From positions 57,042 through 121,041 of IMG/VR virus record IMGVR_UViG_3300009103_000007: a DNA stretch of 64,000 nucleotides. One strand, given 5' to 3'. This stretch comes from a virus. The notes beneath the pieces are model-generated. The model had not been told where the DNA came from. It searched no databases and saw only the letters and a list, made by a program, of their open reading frames with translations. Position numbers and translations under genes: made by a program. Shown piece by piece: positions 48,313 to 57,389 of this stretch. Every line of letters begins with the position of its first letter. Within the stretch, counting starts at the first letter, position 1.

Positions 48313-48331
48313 GCACTTTACGGTCCCGTTT

Positions 48332-48341
48332 ACTAATTAGT
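48332..48341 (+). promoter_or_regulatory. Putative late promoter motif ACTAATTAGT
   Basis: Intergenic, about 33 nt before the neck gene. Confidence 0.55.
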
Positions 48342-48374
48342 TTTAGATAATATAACTTAAGCGAGGATCCATGA

Positions 48375-50033
48375 ATGGCTTTACCTACACTAACACCTGC
48401 TAGCACAGTAAGTGCAGTTACGCTTCCAGCAACTGGTTCTCACGATGATGTGCATGACCATGTGCCGTATAAAATATATTCTGATGAGACGTCTCCACTA
48501 TATTCACACCAATTTGTTTCTGGAGCAGTCGATCAAGTATCATATGTATATAAGAAGCTTGGAGGCGATGTTCTAGATATAGAATTGACCCCAGGGAATG
48601 TGTATGCAGCATATGAGGAGTCTGTATTAGAATATTCTTATTTAATAAATGTTCATCAAGCGACAAATATCCTTTCGGATGCTTTGGGCGGGACAACTGG
48701 CTCTTTTGATCATAAAGGAATATTGGAAACTGGGGCCCTTTCTTCTTCTTTGGGGAAAAATCACGTTGCACTTAAATATCCAAAATTTGAATATGGGATG
48801 ACTCGACGCATCGCTGATGGCGTTGCATCGGAAGTGGGCCTGAATGCATCAGTGCAATATTCCGGCTCTTTTGTGGTGACACCTAATCAGCAAGATTATG
48901 ATCTACAGAAGATCTTCGACTCCGCAGTCAACGTTAAAGCAACGGGATCACTGGCGTTTTCAGAGACAGTCAATTCTGGCGGCCGCATTGCACCTGCAAC
49001 CGGGGAGACTTTTACTCTTGTTGACGCCCTCGGAAAACAACAAATTTTTACTTTCAACAGAGAAAACAACGATGTTGGAGTATCGATCGGCATTGCAGCT
49101 GCCTCGGCTGCCGCCGACGGCAATAAAGCGCCTGCAATAGCTGCCCAAGTGATAGAATCGATAAACAGTGTTTCTAAGATAAGAATAGCTGCAATAGTTG
49201 ACGAAGCCGACAATAAGAAAGTAAACTTGTTTCAAAATGATGGCGGATCCGAGGGTAATACAAAAATTATAGATACGTCTAATGCGAATATGACGCCGAC
49301 TGATTTTGCCAACGGCGAAACAAATTACAGATATGGAGAAAAAATAAAGGGAAAGAAGATTTTAATAAAAAAAGTCTATTACAAGACTCCACATGCTATG
49401 TGGAGATTCTATGGGTACTATGGTGGGCTGAATGTTGTAGGAAATTTACATAATTATGGCCAATTTTCAGATGACTCTACTTTCCAGCTTGTGCCTACGT
49501 GGCACAACAAGGCGCAAGCACTTGCGTTTGAAGATGCAATTTACACAAGAATGTCTCATTTCTCTTATGAGTTGAGGAACAATACGTTGAGATTGTTCCC
49601 TAATCCAGCAAACTTCTCGCCGAGTCGTATGTGGGTTGAATTCAGTATTCCGGAGGATGTTTGGGATAATGATGATAAGGCCACTAGCGGCGTAAATAAC
49701 ATGAACACGCTTCCTATGGGAAACTTACCATTTGCTAATATTAATGCTATTGGCAAGCAATGGATCCGCCGATTTGCTTTGGCCTTGAGTAAAGAAGTCC
49801 TCGGCCAAGTTAGAAGTAAGTTTGGCTCTGTGCCAATTCCTGGAGATAGTGTTACTTTAAATGGAGGTGATCTCATAACACAAGCAAAAGATGAGCAGGA
49901 AAAACTAAGAACAGAATTGAAGGAAACTTTAGCAGAGCTAACTTATGCAAAGATGGCAGAGACCGACTCTGCTATGCTTGAAAATAGCCAAAAGGTTTTA
50001 GAAAGAATACCAAATTATATATTTGTCGGATGA
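48375..50033 (+). CDS. Neck/head-completion protein (T4 gp13-like) with an inserted module
   Basis: First gene of the neck cluster. The C-terminus WIRRFALALSKEVLGQVRSKF..IPG..VTLNGGDL..AKDEQEKL is characteristic of gp13-type adaptors. Confidence 0.75.
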   Translation: MALPTLTPASTVSAVTLPATGSHDDVHDHVPYKIYSDETSPLYSHQFVSGAVDQVSYVYKKLGGDVLDIELTPGNVYAAYEESVLEYSYLINVHQATNILSDALGGTTGSFDHKGILETGALSSSLGKNHVALKYPKFEYGMTRRIADGVASEVGLNASVQYSGSFVVTPNQQDYDLQKIFDSAVNVKATGSLAFSETVNSGGRIAPATGETFTLVDALGKQQIFTFNRENNDVGVSIGIAAASAAADGNKAPAIAAQVIESINSVSKIRIAAIVDEADNKKVNLFQNDGGSEGNTKIIDTSNANMTPTDFANGETNYRYGEKIKGKKILIKKVYYKTPHAMWRFYGYYGGLNVVGNLHNYGQFSDDSTFQLVPTWHNKAQALAFEDAIYTRMSHFSYELRNNTLRLFPNPANFSPSRMWVEFSIPEDVWDNDDKATSGVNNMNTLPMGNLPFANINAIGKQWIRRFALALSKEVLGQVRSKFGSVPIPGDSVTLNGGDLITQAKDEQEKLRTELKETLAELTYAKMAETDSAMLENSQKVLERIPNYIFVG

Positions 50034-50043
50034 GGATTGAGTT

Positions 50044-50523
50044 ATGTCTAAAATAAAGCAACCTGAAAATCCACCACCTCCACTTTTTACGGGAAAAAAA
50101 GAAAAGGATTTCGTCAAACAGGTAAATGACGAAATTATTGAAAGAGTCGTAGGTCAGACAATAGCCTACTATCCCATAAGTCTGGAACATACAAATTTTC
50201 ACGATTTATATGGTGAAGCAGTAGAAAAGAGTTTTCTCGCTCCAGTTAGGGTATATGCGATGGTGAAATATGACTCAGAAAGCACATCAACGACAACTTT
50301 GGGTGTTGACCGTATAGAGAAAATTACTGTCTTGTTTCATAAACGCCGACTGATAGAAGATCAGGACCTATTTGTTCGTGAAGGTGATTTTGTACAATAT
50401 GGTCAAAATTTTTATGAAATTTTAACTCTTGTTGAGCCCAAATGGCTTTTTGGACAGGTGGAGTCGAAATTTGAAATTGGTGCAGAGTGTGTGAGAGCTA
50501 GGGAGGGCCTATTTAATGTCTAA
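50044..50523 (+). CDS. Neck protein (T4 gp14-like head closure)
   Basis: Position after the gp13-like gene; DLYGEA..K.F, VREGDFV and a beta-rich fold. Confidence 0.65.
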   Translation: MSKIKQPENPPPPLFTGKKEKDFVKQVNDEIIERVVGQTIAYYPISLEHTNFHDLYGEAVEKSFLAPVRVYAMVKYDSESTSTTTLGVDRIEKITVLFHKRRLIEDQDLFVREGDFVQYGQNFYEILTLVEPKWLFGQVESKFEIGAECVRAREGLFNV

Positions 50524-51748
50524 AGAAGCACCAAAAGATCCGGGCCTGAAGATACACTTTGAACCATCGACAATCGAGAGTATAGACAGGTCCGTGATGT
50601 CTTTTTTAGAAGAAATGAAGCTGTTTACGGAAACCAATTCTGGATGGCGCGAAGTACCAGTAATCTGGGGTACAGCAGAAAGATCATTTCAAACAAAAAA
50701 CAACAAAGATATAAGAGATAAAAATGGAATGCTAATAATGCCCCTTATTACGGTGGAAAGAAAGCAGATTTCAAAACCCCTAGCAAGCAAGGGCGTCTTC
50801 CAAGGCAACATACCGCCACATTTTGATGAACAGGGGTCAGCACTTCCAGTTAGTAGGGTACTATATCAAGAAAAAACCATGAAATTTGCAAATGCTGACG
50901 CAAAAAAACTAACAGGACAGTTAAATTATCCGAGATGTAATGGTAAGATAGTATATAGAACTGTTTCTGCACCGATGCCCGTAAATGTTGAGGTGACATA
51001 TGAAATAACGCTAAGGACCGAATATCAACAACAAATGAACGAGCTAATGCAACCTTTTATAACTTCCCCCGGTACTATAAATTTTGTTCCACTAAGACAT
51101 GAAATTCATAGATATGAGGGGTTTATACAAGAGGAATATACACAAAATAATAACTTATCTGACTTTTCCTCAGAAGAGAGAAAGTTCGAAACAAAAATTT
51201 CTATGAGAGTTGTGGGATATTTGGTTGGCCAAGGAGATAATCAGTCAAAGCCACAATTTGCTGTCAGGGAGAATGCAGTCGAGGTGAAAATCCCAAGAGA
51301 GAGGATATCATTGGCAGAGATCCCAGAGCACAAACATGGCTCTTACTATGGCCTCGCTGGAGTCGCAGCCACCTTCTCGGCTCAAGGTTGCCCTTTCCCA
51401 TATTTGTTTAATAACGTCCCTGCAGCCGGAAAAGGCTCCGGGCAAGTCGGCACTGTCGGCTCAGGCGGTACTGCCATTACTCCTACTGTTTTCAGGCAAA
51501 TGTTGGCCGACAACCTTATCATAAGGGAGGTGTTGAAATTAAGTGATGCAGCTACACCTAATCCACCAAATGTCTTGACTTTGTCATCACAGTATGGTAT
51601 AAAAGAAAATAGTGAACTTTTGTTTGTAAATGGTTTAGTCCAAGCAGTTGGCGCTGCAAACGATTATACCATAAGCGGCAAAACAATCACATTGACAGAG
51701 AATTTATTGCAGAGCGATTCTGTTTATATAACTTATATAGTTGGATAA
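50516..51748 (+). CDS. Tail terminator/sheath stabiliser (T4 gp15-like) with an extra C-terminal domain
   Basis: VPVIWGTAER, PLITVER and PVNVEVTYEITL motifs; third gene of the neck cluster. Confidence 0.65.
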   Translation: MSKEAPKDPGLKIHFEPSTIESIDRSVMSFLEEMKLFTETNSGWREVPVIWGTAERSFQTKNNKDIRDKNGMLIMPLITVERKQISKPLASKGVFQGNIPPHFDEQGSALPVSRVLYQEKTMKFANADAKKLTGQLNYPRCNGKIVYRTVSAPMPVNVEVTYEITLRTEYQQQMNELMQPFITSPGTINFVPLRHEIHRYEGFIQEEYTQNNNLSDFSSEERKFETKISMRVVGYLVGQGDNQSKPQFAVRENAVEVKIPRERISLAEIPEHKHGSYYGLAGVAATFSAQGCPFPYLFNNVPAAGKGSGQVGTVGSGGTAITPTVFRQMLADNLIIREVLKLSDAATPNPPNVLTLSSQYGIKENSELLFVNGLVQAVGAANDYTISGKTITLTENLLQSDSVYITYIVG

Positions 51749-51763
51749 TAAAAAGGAGAAAAC

Positions 51764-52129
51764 ATGACCAACACGAATAAGAACACAGTTAACGAAAATG
51801 TAAATACAAATGAAGAAGTTGTAAACACAGTTAACGAAACTAATGATGCAGACACCAATCAGGACATTATTGAGCTTGAATGGGAAGAGGTGCAAGATAT
51901 CTTTGCAGCAAGAGAGGAATTAGCCGGCCTCCATGGGTATTTATCAAATATGATGCTGCAATTTGAAAAGACAAAGAAAACTCTTGTCGAGCGCGCTCTC
52001 GACATGGAGAACGATTTGTATGATCGTGCCAACGACTTGAGGGGCACAAAAAACGTTGGTGATGACTTAACCTATGAGTTGAAGCTTCCGAATAAAGCAA
52101 ATGAAAAAGGTTACTTGGTGAAGAAGTAG
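51764..52129 (+). CDS. Acidic helical protein, 121 aa (possible fibre chaperone)
   Basis: Resembles the 52476 ORF (LxxMxLQFE and C-terminal LPxxxNEK). Confidence 0.55.
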   Translation: MTNTNKNTVNENVNTNEEVVNTVNETNDADTNQDIIELEWEEVQDIFAAREELAGLHGYLSNMMLQFEKTKKTLVERALDMENDLYDRANDLRGTKNVGDDLTYELKLPNKANEKGYLVKK

Positions 52130-52237
52130 GCTTCGCTTCTTTTGAGTTATCGGAAAGCCATAGGGTTAAAAAGCAGTATTTCCCGTTCGATCTGACTACT
52201 TACTTATGAAGAGAAAACAAGCGAAGAGGGTTTTAAG

Positions 52238-52459
52238 TTGTCTGAAGAATTCATTACTAGTGATATAGGTATTGCTGCTTATTTACAGCTACGTGGCTTT
52301 AAGTTGCTAGAATGTAAGCGTCAGCAAAATGGCAAATTCTTTTTCCGTTTTGCTGACCCTAATTCTGAGTGTCAACAGCGCGCCCTAGAATTTTTAGATT
52401 CAGATTTTTGTAAATTTGACAATAATGTAAGGAACTTAAAGAAAATATTGTTCTCATAA
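52238..52459 (+). CDS. Small protein, DUF5659-like, 73 aa, TTG start
   Basis: FITSDIGIAAYLQLRGFKL..FFFRF pattern; GAGG upstream. Confidence 0.55.
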   Translation: MSEEFITSDIGIAAYLQLRGFKLLECKRQQNGKFFFRFADPNSECQQRALEFLDSDFCKFDNNVRNLKKILFS

Positions 52460-52475
52460 TCAAAGGAGAAAGCCT

Positions 52476-52865
52476 GTGAAGAGTGGTATTTTGGAAAAAC
52501 TCAAAGAATTAATTAATTCAATCGAAGAAGAGGAGAAAGTTGAAAATATGACTGAAGAAATTACAAAAGAAGAAGAAAAGAAAGTAGAATCAGAAATCCC
52601 TGACTATTTAGAATGCACGGCCGAGGAAACTGCACAGATTGTCCAACTGATGGACGAGATGAAAGTTGCTAAGGGTAAACTGGCCGACCTGCTGTTACAG
52701 TTTGAGAATAATAAAAGTTTTATTGTGCAAGCTATTAAGTCTAAAGAGCAGGAATTTTACGAATCACTAAATTCCCTCAGAGTTGAATATGGTCTCCCAG
52801 ATGACGGCATTTCTGTGCGTCTCCCCTCTGAGGATAACGAAAAGATCGTTTTTGTTAAAGATTGA
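52476..52865 (+). CDS. Acidic helical protein, 129 aa, paralog of 51764
   Basis: GTG start with AAGGAG; LADLLLQFE and LPSEDNEK. Confidence 0.55.
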   Translation: MKSGILEKLKELINSIEEEEKVENMTEEITKEEEKKVESEIPDYLECTAEETAQIVQLMDEMKVAKGKLADLLLQFENNKSFIVQAIKSKEQEFYESLNSLRVEYGLPDDGISVRLPSEDNEKIVFVKD

Positions 52866-52962
52866 TAAAGACACTTTAATCACTCCATTTAATCACATTA
52901 TATAATTATTTAGTTTTCTGTTGTTAATCGAAAAAACCTAATCAAAACAGGAGAAAAATATA

Positions 52963-55900
52963 ATGGCTAGGACAAAGATTAATTCAACCCAGATGGTGGT
53001 AACAGCAACCGTGTCCCCACAATCATCTGATGGTGCCGCTCTAGGTACCGGCAGTGCGATGTGGTCAGACCTTTTTCTGGCATCCGCCGGGGTGATAAAT
53101 TTTAATAATGGTGATATGACCATGACTCATGGTAGCAACTTGCTTACCATATCTGGTGGTAACACCCGAGTTGATCGTTTAGAGATTGATAGTGCAAACG
53201 ACTACATTGATGTCGATACCGACCTCAAACTTATTGCGGCCGCAGACATTGTTCTCGACCCTGCAGGCGGCGATGTCAAAGCTGACGGCAACTTTTTGCC
53301 AAACTCTTCAGATGGTGGAACCCTAGGTTCTGCCTCCCTTATGTGGTCTGATGCTTTCTTGGCATCTGGTGCAGTAGTTAATTTTAATAATGGTGATATA
53401 ACGTTGACTCACTCATCAAATGCTTTGACTGTCGCCGGCGGTACGCTTGCAACTGCAGCTCTTACCACTTCTACTATCACTGCTAGTGGAATTATTAAGA
53501 CTGACGACACAACTGAAGCTACCTCAACAACCGACGGTTCCTTGCAGACCGACGGCGGCTTGAGCGTTGCAAAGAGCGCTGTTATTGGTGACGATCTTGA
53601 CCTCCTGTCTGATGGTGCAATTTTCGCCATGGGCGCAGGCCAAGATGTAAAAATCACTCATGATGGTGGAACAGGAGCCACACTCGCTTCAGCTGGTGCT
53701 TTCGTCATTGACGGTGCAGCTGCAGTTACAGTAGATTCGGACGCTGCATTAACAGTTGGTGGTGCTACAATCGACATGGATGCCGACGGTGGTGCCGTTG
53801 CTATTGATGGTACTGGTGGTGTGAATCTTGGTACTGCAACAAGTGGTGTTGCGATCTCGATAGGACACAGTACTTCGGAAACTACTGTTAACGACAATCT
53901 GAATACTACTGGCCGCATTCTTGTTAATGATTCGACCGATGCTACATCAGCCACTGACGGCTCTTTACAGACCGATGGTGGACTGAGTGTGGTCAAGGAT
54001 GCTATTATTGGTAATGATATGTACCTTTTGAGTGATAGCTCTGTTTTGGGTCTGGGTGCAGGTAAGGATGCCACTCTGACGCATGATGGGACAACTGGTG
54101 TAACCCTTGCAGCAAATCCCATTACGCTGGATTCTGGCGGGGCCCTCAACTTAGATTCAGATACTGGTGATATTGTCTTCAAAGATGGTGGAGCAGACCA
54201 GTTGGCTCTTGATCTGGATGGTACTTCTGGCGAAGTTATCATGCAGCTTAAGGTCGACTCCGACGACTTCGTCTTCAAGCAGTACGATGGCACCGAAGTT
54301 TTTCGTGTAGAAGATGACGGCGGCTTCGACATTGCCGGCGGCGCAGGTTCATCTGGTGTGACCATTTCGGCTGCTGGCCAGCTGACTGCTGATGGTCGAA
54401 TTATTGTCGATGATGCAACTGAGGCTACCTCAACAACTGACGGCTCTTTACAGACCGATGGTGGCTTGAGTGTCGCTAAGAGTGCTGTTATCGGCGATGA
54501 TCTTGATCTTTTATCTGATGGTGCTATTTTCGCCATGGGTGCAGGTCAGGATGTAACAATTACGCATGATGGCGGCACTGGAGCGACTCTCGCTTCCGCC
54601 GGCGCATTTGTAATTGACGGCGCTGCAGCTGTAACTGTGGACTCAGATGCTGCTTTGACTATTGGAGGTGCTTCTATCGATATGGACGCCGACGGAGGTG
54701 CAGTTGCTATTGATGGTACAGGTGGACTGAACCTCGCTACAGCAACCAGCGGTGTGGCAATTTCCATTGGCCACTCAACCTCAGAGACCACTGTTAATGA
54801 TAATCTCACCGTTACTGGTGATCTTACCGTCAACGGTGCAACAACGACCGTCTCTACAACCAACATGGTTGTTGAGGATAAGTTTATAGAGCTAGGCAAT
54901 GGAACAAGCGGATCACCTTCTGGTGACGCCGGTTTTGTTATTGAGCGTGGCTCATCTGACAACGTTGCTCTGATTTGGGACGAGTCAGCTGACGAGTTCT
55001 TTTTGGGCTCTGGCTCTGTCACGGGTGCAAGTTCAGGCAACCTTAGTTTGACTGCAGCAAACCTGCAAGCTGCTAGTATCCGCGGCTCCAAACTAGAGAT
55101 CGATGGCGCGTCAGATTATATTGATGTGGACACTGATCTTAAGATTGTGGCTGCAGCCGACATTGTTCTTAGTCCTGGCGGCAACAACGTTGTCCCAGAT
55201 GCTAGTGACGGTGCCGCTCTTGGGTCTGCTAGCTTGATGTGGTCTGACCTCTTTGTAGCTTCGGGCGCTGTTATTAATTTTAATAACGGTGACGTGACAA
55301 TGACTCACAGCTCTAATCTTCTGGCAATTGCTGGCGGTAATACTCGTGTTGAGAGACTCGAAATTGATAGTGCAAGTGACTACATTGATATGTCTGGATC
55401 AGATCTTCACATTGTTGCTGCAGCTGATGTTGTTGTGACTGGCGATCTTGTTCCTGCTGCTGATGACACCTATGACCTAGGTACCACCAGTGCTGCGTGG
55501 CAAGATCTTCACCTTGAGGGTGACGTTTTGCTAACTGACGCAGGAAAGATGGAGACTGCAGCCGGCGATCTCACGATCTCTTCTGCTGCTGCCGACGTTG
55601 TTCTTGATGCTGCTGCCGATGTCGTTATTGATGCTGCAGGCGGAAATGTCGAGTTCAAAGACGCAGGTACTCTACAGTTGTCTTTAGATATGGACGGCAC
55701 CTCTGGCGCCCAAATATTGAAGCTTGGTGTGGATAGTGATGATCTTGTTTTTCAGCAATATGATGGAAATGAGGTGATCCGTATTGCGGACGATAGAAGG
55801 TTGTATTTCTACGATAAGGGCGGTGAATACCTTTACGGCGATGGAGATGATTTTTATGCTATTTCGGGAGGAGACATTATTCTTGACCCGGGCGGCAATA

Positions 55901-57252
55901 ATGTGCTTCCTGGTTCGGATAGCGCTGACTCTCTTGGTTCGACTGCTGGCACATCTACTATTGCAGATGATTTTGCGTCATATGTCGTATCAAGTGGTAC
56001 AGATTACAGTAGCACTACGACGATGGTTTCCTTCACGGGCATTTCATCTGAAATGGGCGATGTTCTGTCTGGGGACACCATTACATTAAGTGATGGCTCA
56101 AATACCTGGACTGCCACCACTGCTGGTGCCGCTTCAGCAACTTTGACCAAGGCTTCTGGCTTCGGTTCTATTCTGGCATCGACCGCTCTTGACAGTTCAA
56201 CTTCAGCAGTTTCGCCATATGGTGGAGGTTGGTCTGTCGCTCTTATGCAGGCAGTTGCAGGTGACACTTTAACTATCGGTAGTTGGAGTGCTACAGTCGC
56301 CTCAGCGCCTTCCTCTACTAGCGGCACCATTGGTGTTAGTAGCGCATCTGGCACAGCTTCGCCTAATGGTGGATTGGCTTGTACTCTTGTTGGTGATGCA
56401 ATTGCGGTCACGTCTGCTAGTGGAACTCTAGATGTTAGCGCAATGAACGGCGGCCAAACAGTTAGCGTCACTAGGGCCACTTCTGCTTTGGCTTGGGCCA
56501 ACCTCTATGTCGATAATATCGACTTGAATGGCCAAGGTAGCATCAGTATTGGTGGTACCGGCCGCATTGACCTTGACGCTGATGATGACACCTCTATTCG
56601 TGCTTCGGCCGACGACGTGATCACATTTGAAATTGGTGGAGCAGACGAGCTAGTTCTCGATGGCTCTTCATTGAGGCCGAATACCAGTGATGGTTTGGCG
56701 CTTGGTGATTCTGATCAGATGTGGTCGGATGCTTTCATGGCATCCGGAGCAGTCATCAACTTCAATAACGGGGATGTTACTTTGACACACGCCGCGAACA
56801 AGCTATCGCTGGCCGGTGGCTCACTAGAGTATTCTGAAACTACCAACTTGGCTATTGACTCTAATGATAGTACTCATTATTTCTTAGTGTTGGATAGTGA
56901 TGATAACCTCATGAAGAGGGAAGCGGTTAATGACTTTGTACAGCACATTACTGGCGCCGCTAGCACCAGAGGTGGCTTGTTACAACATCAAGGTAAATTG
57001 TTCATTCAGCCTGTGACTGATGTCTTTTTATCTGGTGGTTTGACACAAGGGTTGACAGCATCCCTTGGATCTGCAGCATTATCTGGGTCCGTTATGGTGT
57101 TCTTGAATGGTATGTTACAAACTCGTTCTGGTTCTGTTTCGGCGGCAACTTTTGACTATAGGTTTGACAGTATTACTGCTCCTACTAAGGTCTTGATGTC
57201 TTCGGCACTTGATTCAGACGATGTTCTTACCATCAGGTACATGAAGAAATAA
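52963..57252 (+). CDS. Long tail fibre-like protein, 1,429 aa, built from several interleaved repeat types
   Basis: Gly/Ala/Asp/Thr/Ser-rich. It has four copies of SDGxxLG..MWSDxFxASGAVINFNNGD, three of DxTxATSxTDGSLQTDGGLSV, and a 133-aa near-identical duplication. Confidence 0.8.
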   Translation: MARTKINSTQMVVTATVSPQSSDGAALGTGSAMWSDLFLASAGVINFNNGDMTMTHGSNLLTISGGNTRVDRLEIDSANDYIDVDTDLKLIAAADIVLDPAGGDVKADGNFLPNSSDGGTLGSASLMWSDAFLASGAVVNFNNGDITLTHSSNALTVAGGTLATAALTTSTITASGIIKTDDTTEATSTTDGSLQTDGGLSVAKSAVIGDDLDLLSDGAIFAMGAGQDVKITHDGGTGATLASAGAFVIDGAAAVTVDSDAALTVGGATIDMDADGGAVAIDGTGGVNLGTATSGVAISIGHSTSETTVNDNLNTTGRILVNDSTDATSATDGSLQTDGGLSVVKDAIIGNDMYLLSDSSVLGLGAGKDATLTHDGTTGVTLAANPITLDSGGALNLDSDTGDIVFKDGGADQLALDLDGTSGEVIMQLKVDSDDFVFKQYDGTEVFRVEDDGGFDIAGGAGSSGVTISAAGQLTADGRIIVDDATEATSTTDGSLQTDGGLSVAKSAVIGDDLDLLSDGAIFAMGAGQDVTITHDGGTGATLASAGAFVIDGAAAVTVDSDAALTIGGASIDMDADGGAVAIDGTGGLNLATATSGVAISIGHSTSETTVNDNLTVTGDLTVNGATTTVSTTNMVVEDKFIELGNGTSGSPSGDAGFVIERGSSDNVALIWDESADEFFLGSGSVTGASSGNLSLTAANLQAASIRGSKLEIDGASDYIDVDTDLKIVAAADIVLSPGGNNVVPDASDGAALGSASLMWSDLFVASGAVINFNNGDVTMTHSSNLLAIAGGNTRVERLEIDSASDYIDMSGSDLHIVAAADVVVTGDLVPAADDTYDLGTTSAAWQDLHLEGDVLLTDAGKMETAAGDLTISSAAADVVLDAAADVVIDAAGGNVEFKDAGTLQLSLDMDGTSGAQILKLGVDSDDLVFQQYDGNEVIRIADDRRLYFYDKGGEYLYGDGDDFYAISGGDIILDPGGNNVLPGSDSADSLGSTAGTSTIADDFASYVVSSGTDYSSTTTMVSFTGISSEMGDVLSGDTITLSDGSNTWTATTAGAASATLTKASGFGSILASTALDSSTSAVSPYGGGWSVALMQAVAGDTLTIGSWSATVASAPSSTSGTIGVSSASGTASPNGGLACTLVGDAIAVTSASGTLDVSAMNGGQTVSVTRATSALAWANLYVDNIDLNGQGSISIGGTGRIDLDADDDTSIRASADDVITFEIGGADELVLDGSSLRPNTSDGLALGDSDQMWSDAFMASGAVINFNNGDVTLTHAANKLSLAGGSLEYSETTNLAIDSNDSTHYFLVLDSDDNLMKREAVNDFVQHITGAASTRGGLLQHQGKLFIQPVTDVFLSGGLTQGLTASLGSAALSGSVMVFLNGMLQTRSGSVSAATFDYRFDSITAPTKVLMSSALDSDDVLTIRYMKK
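53503..54807 (+). repeat. In-frame 399-nt duplication (53503-53901 and 54409-54807)
   Basis: Manual alignment gives 127/133 identical amino acids; nucleotide differences fall mostly at third codon positions. Confidence 0.9.
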
Positions 57253-57274
57253 AGCTTATTATCATGTAAGCTTA

Positions 57275-57304
57275 GGGGGGGAGCACACGCTCCCCCCTTT
57301 TTTT
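57275..57304 (+). terminator. Intrinsic terminator after the fibre gene
   Basis: GGGGGGAGC-ACAC-GCTCCCCCC stem-loop followed by a T7 tract. Confidence 0.9.
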
Positions 57305-57330
57305 ATTTTATTCTTTTTGGGTATTTTTAA

Positions 57331-57340
57331 ACTAATTAAT
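57331..57340 (+). promoter_or_regulatory. Putative late promoter motif ACTAATTAAT
   Basis: Between the terminator and the sheath gene, where transcription must restart. Confidence 0.65.
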
Positions 57341-57389
57341 TAAGTAAAATACAATTTTATTATCTTACCATTTTAGGAGATTCAAGAAT

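Noticed and set aside
53503-54807. Possible diversity-generating retroelement TR/VR pair
   Set aside because: Differences are mostly synonymous third-position changes of all kinds, not adenine-specific. Both copies are in-frame coding sequence and there is no reverse transcriptase in the window.
53409-56501. Several 80-292-aa antisense ORFs inside the fibre gene
   Set aside because: Mirror translations of Gly/Ala/Thr/Asp repeats with the same codon bias.
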